This document shows, piece after piece, positions 63,448-64,000 of a DNA stretch of 64,000 bases. The stretch is from Octopus sinensis (Eukaryota), in the NCBI RefSeq assembly GCF_006345805.1, contig NC_043012.1, forward strand, positions 12,586,001 through 12,650,000, written 5' to 3'. A program made the position numbers and the translations under genes. The number at the start of each line of letters is the position of its first letter. Position 1 is the stretch's first letter. The notes under the pieces are model-generated. The model ran no database searches. It was not told where the DNA came from and was given only the letters and a program-made list of their open reading frames with translations.

Positions 63448-64000
63448 CGACAGACACACTTACGGAAACAAACGCTCGCACATACACGCATACCCAAATA
63501 AACGCGGATGCACATGGACTTCTCTGCGCGCGTTAATTCGTTGTTTGTACATTTTCCATTCTGGGAGAAACACACAAGTTTTCACTATTGATCTGTGCCT
63601 TGCGATTGTGCAGAACCATTTCAGTGTGGTAATAACAAACTTAGACACAAAAGCAAGGAATCACACACAAGACAACAACCTCTGTCGTTTGGTAGAAGCA
63701 ATTACCATGGACAAAATGAGATATAAATCAAGATTTATTACTCGGATAACAATGTCATAAACTCACTAATTATATAAGGTGTTTCCGGTAAATGAATAAA
63801 ACTTGATGAGTAACCCTTGTTCTTTTGTTTTCAATGAAACCTATTTGGAGGAAGTGAATAACGTTCAACGTTCATGTTATCTACAGAACAGGAAACGGCA
63901 GTGTGGTTCTGCAATTAATGTGTGTGAGTGTGTGCGTATGTTTGGTTAATCTCTCATATAGTTATACGTATTATATATGTATATATGTATATATGAATGC

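Noticed and set aside
34-63760. The many ORFs rich in YI, CV, HT, LS, poly-N/D/E/K/L/Y/F
   Set aside because: They are translations of TA, CA, CT and trinucleotide microsatellites that simply lack stops.
1-64000. CRISPR array, rRNA genes or prokaryotic operons
   Set aside because: No regularly spaced repeat-spacer array, rRNA-like sequence or gene-dense organisation was seen; the window is eukaryotic repeat-rich DNA.

Overview
This is an AT-rich, microsatellite-dense animal genomic window. The SINE families, the repeat load and the TTAGGG-like repeat suggest a coleoid cephalopod such as Octopus; this is an inference, not a database result. No complete protein-coding gene is visible. Almost all ORFs in the track are microsatellite or SINE artefacts, or decayed transposon ORFs. 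Supported content: (1) a Penelope-like (Neptune-type) retroelement and at least five short Penelope-type terminal-repeat units, all embedded in (TA)n; (2) minimal type-I hammerhead ribozyme motifs in these units: one with a perfect core (40998-41040), three copies of a core-variant family, one U4C variant and one decayed copy at the end of the coding element; (3) several R4/Dong-like RLE LINE fragments associated with (TAA)n, a Tx1/L1 fragment abutting (TC)n and a CR1-group 3' end; (4) DNA transposons: a hAT transposase split by a SINE, a Merlin element and a Merlin-like MITE with 8-bp TSDs, two mariners, a roughly 740-bp foldback and a Helitron 3' end; (5) dozens of tRNA-derived SINEs from at least four families; (6) candidate phase-1 micro-exons of a minus-strand host gene (55619-55654, 51908-51952, 51691-51719). 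The most interesting signals are the ribozyme-bearing TA-embedded units, the apparent partitioning of microsatellite targets among retroelement classes, and the candidate micro-exon gene. Coordinates were read by eye; boundaries of decayed elements are approximate.
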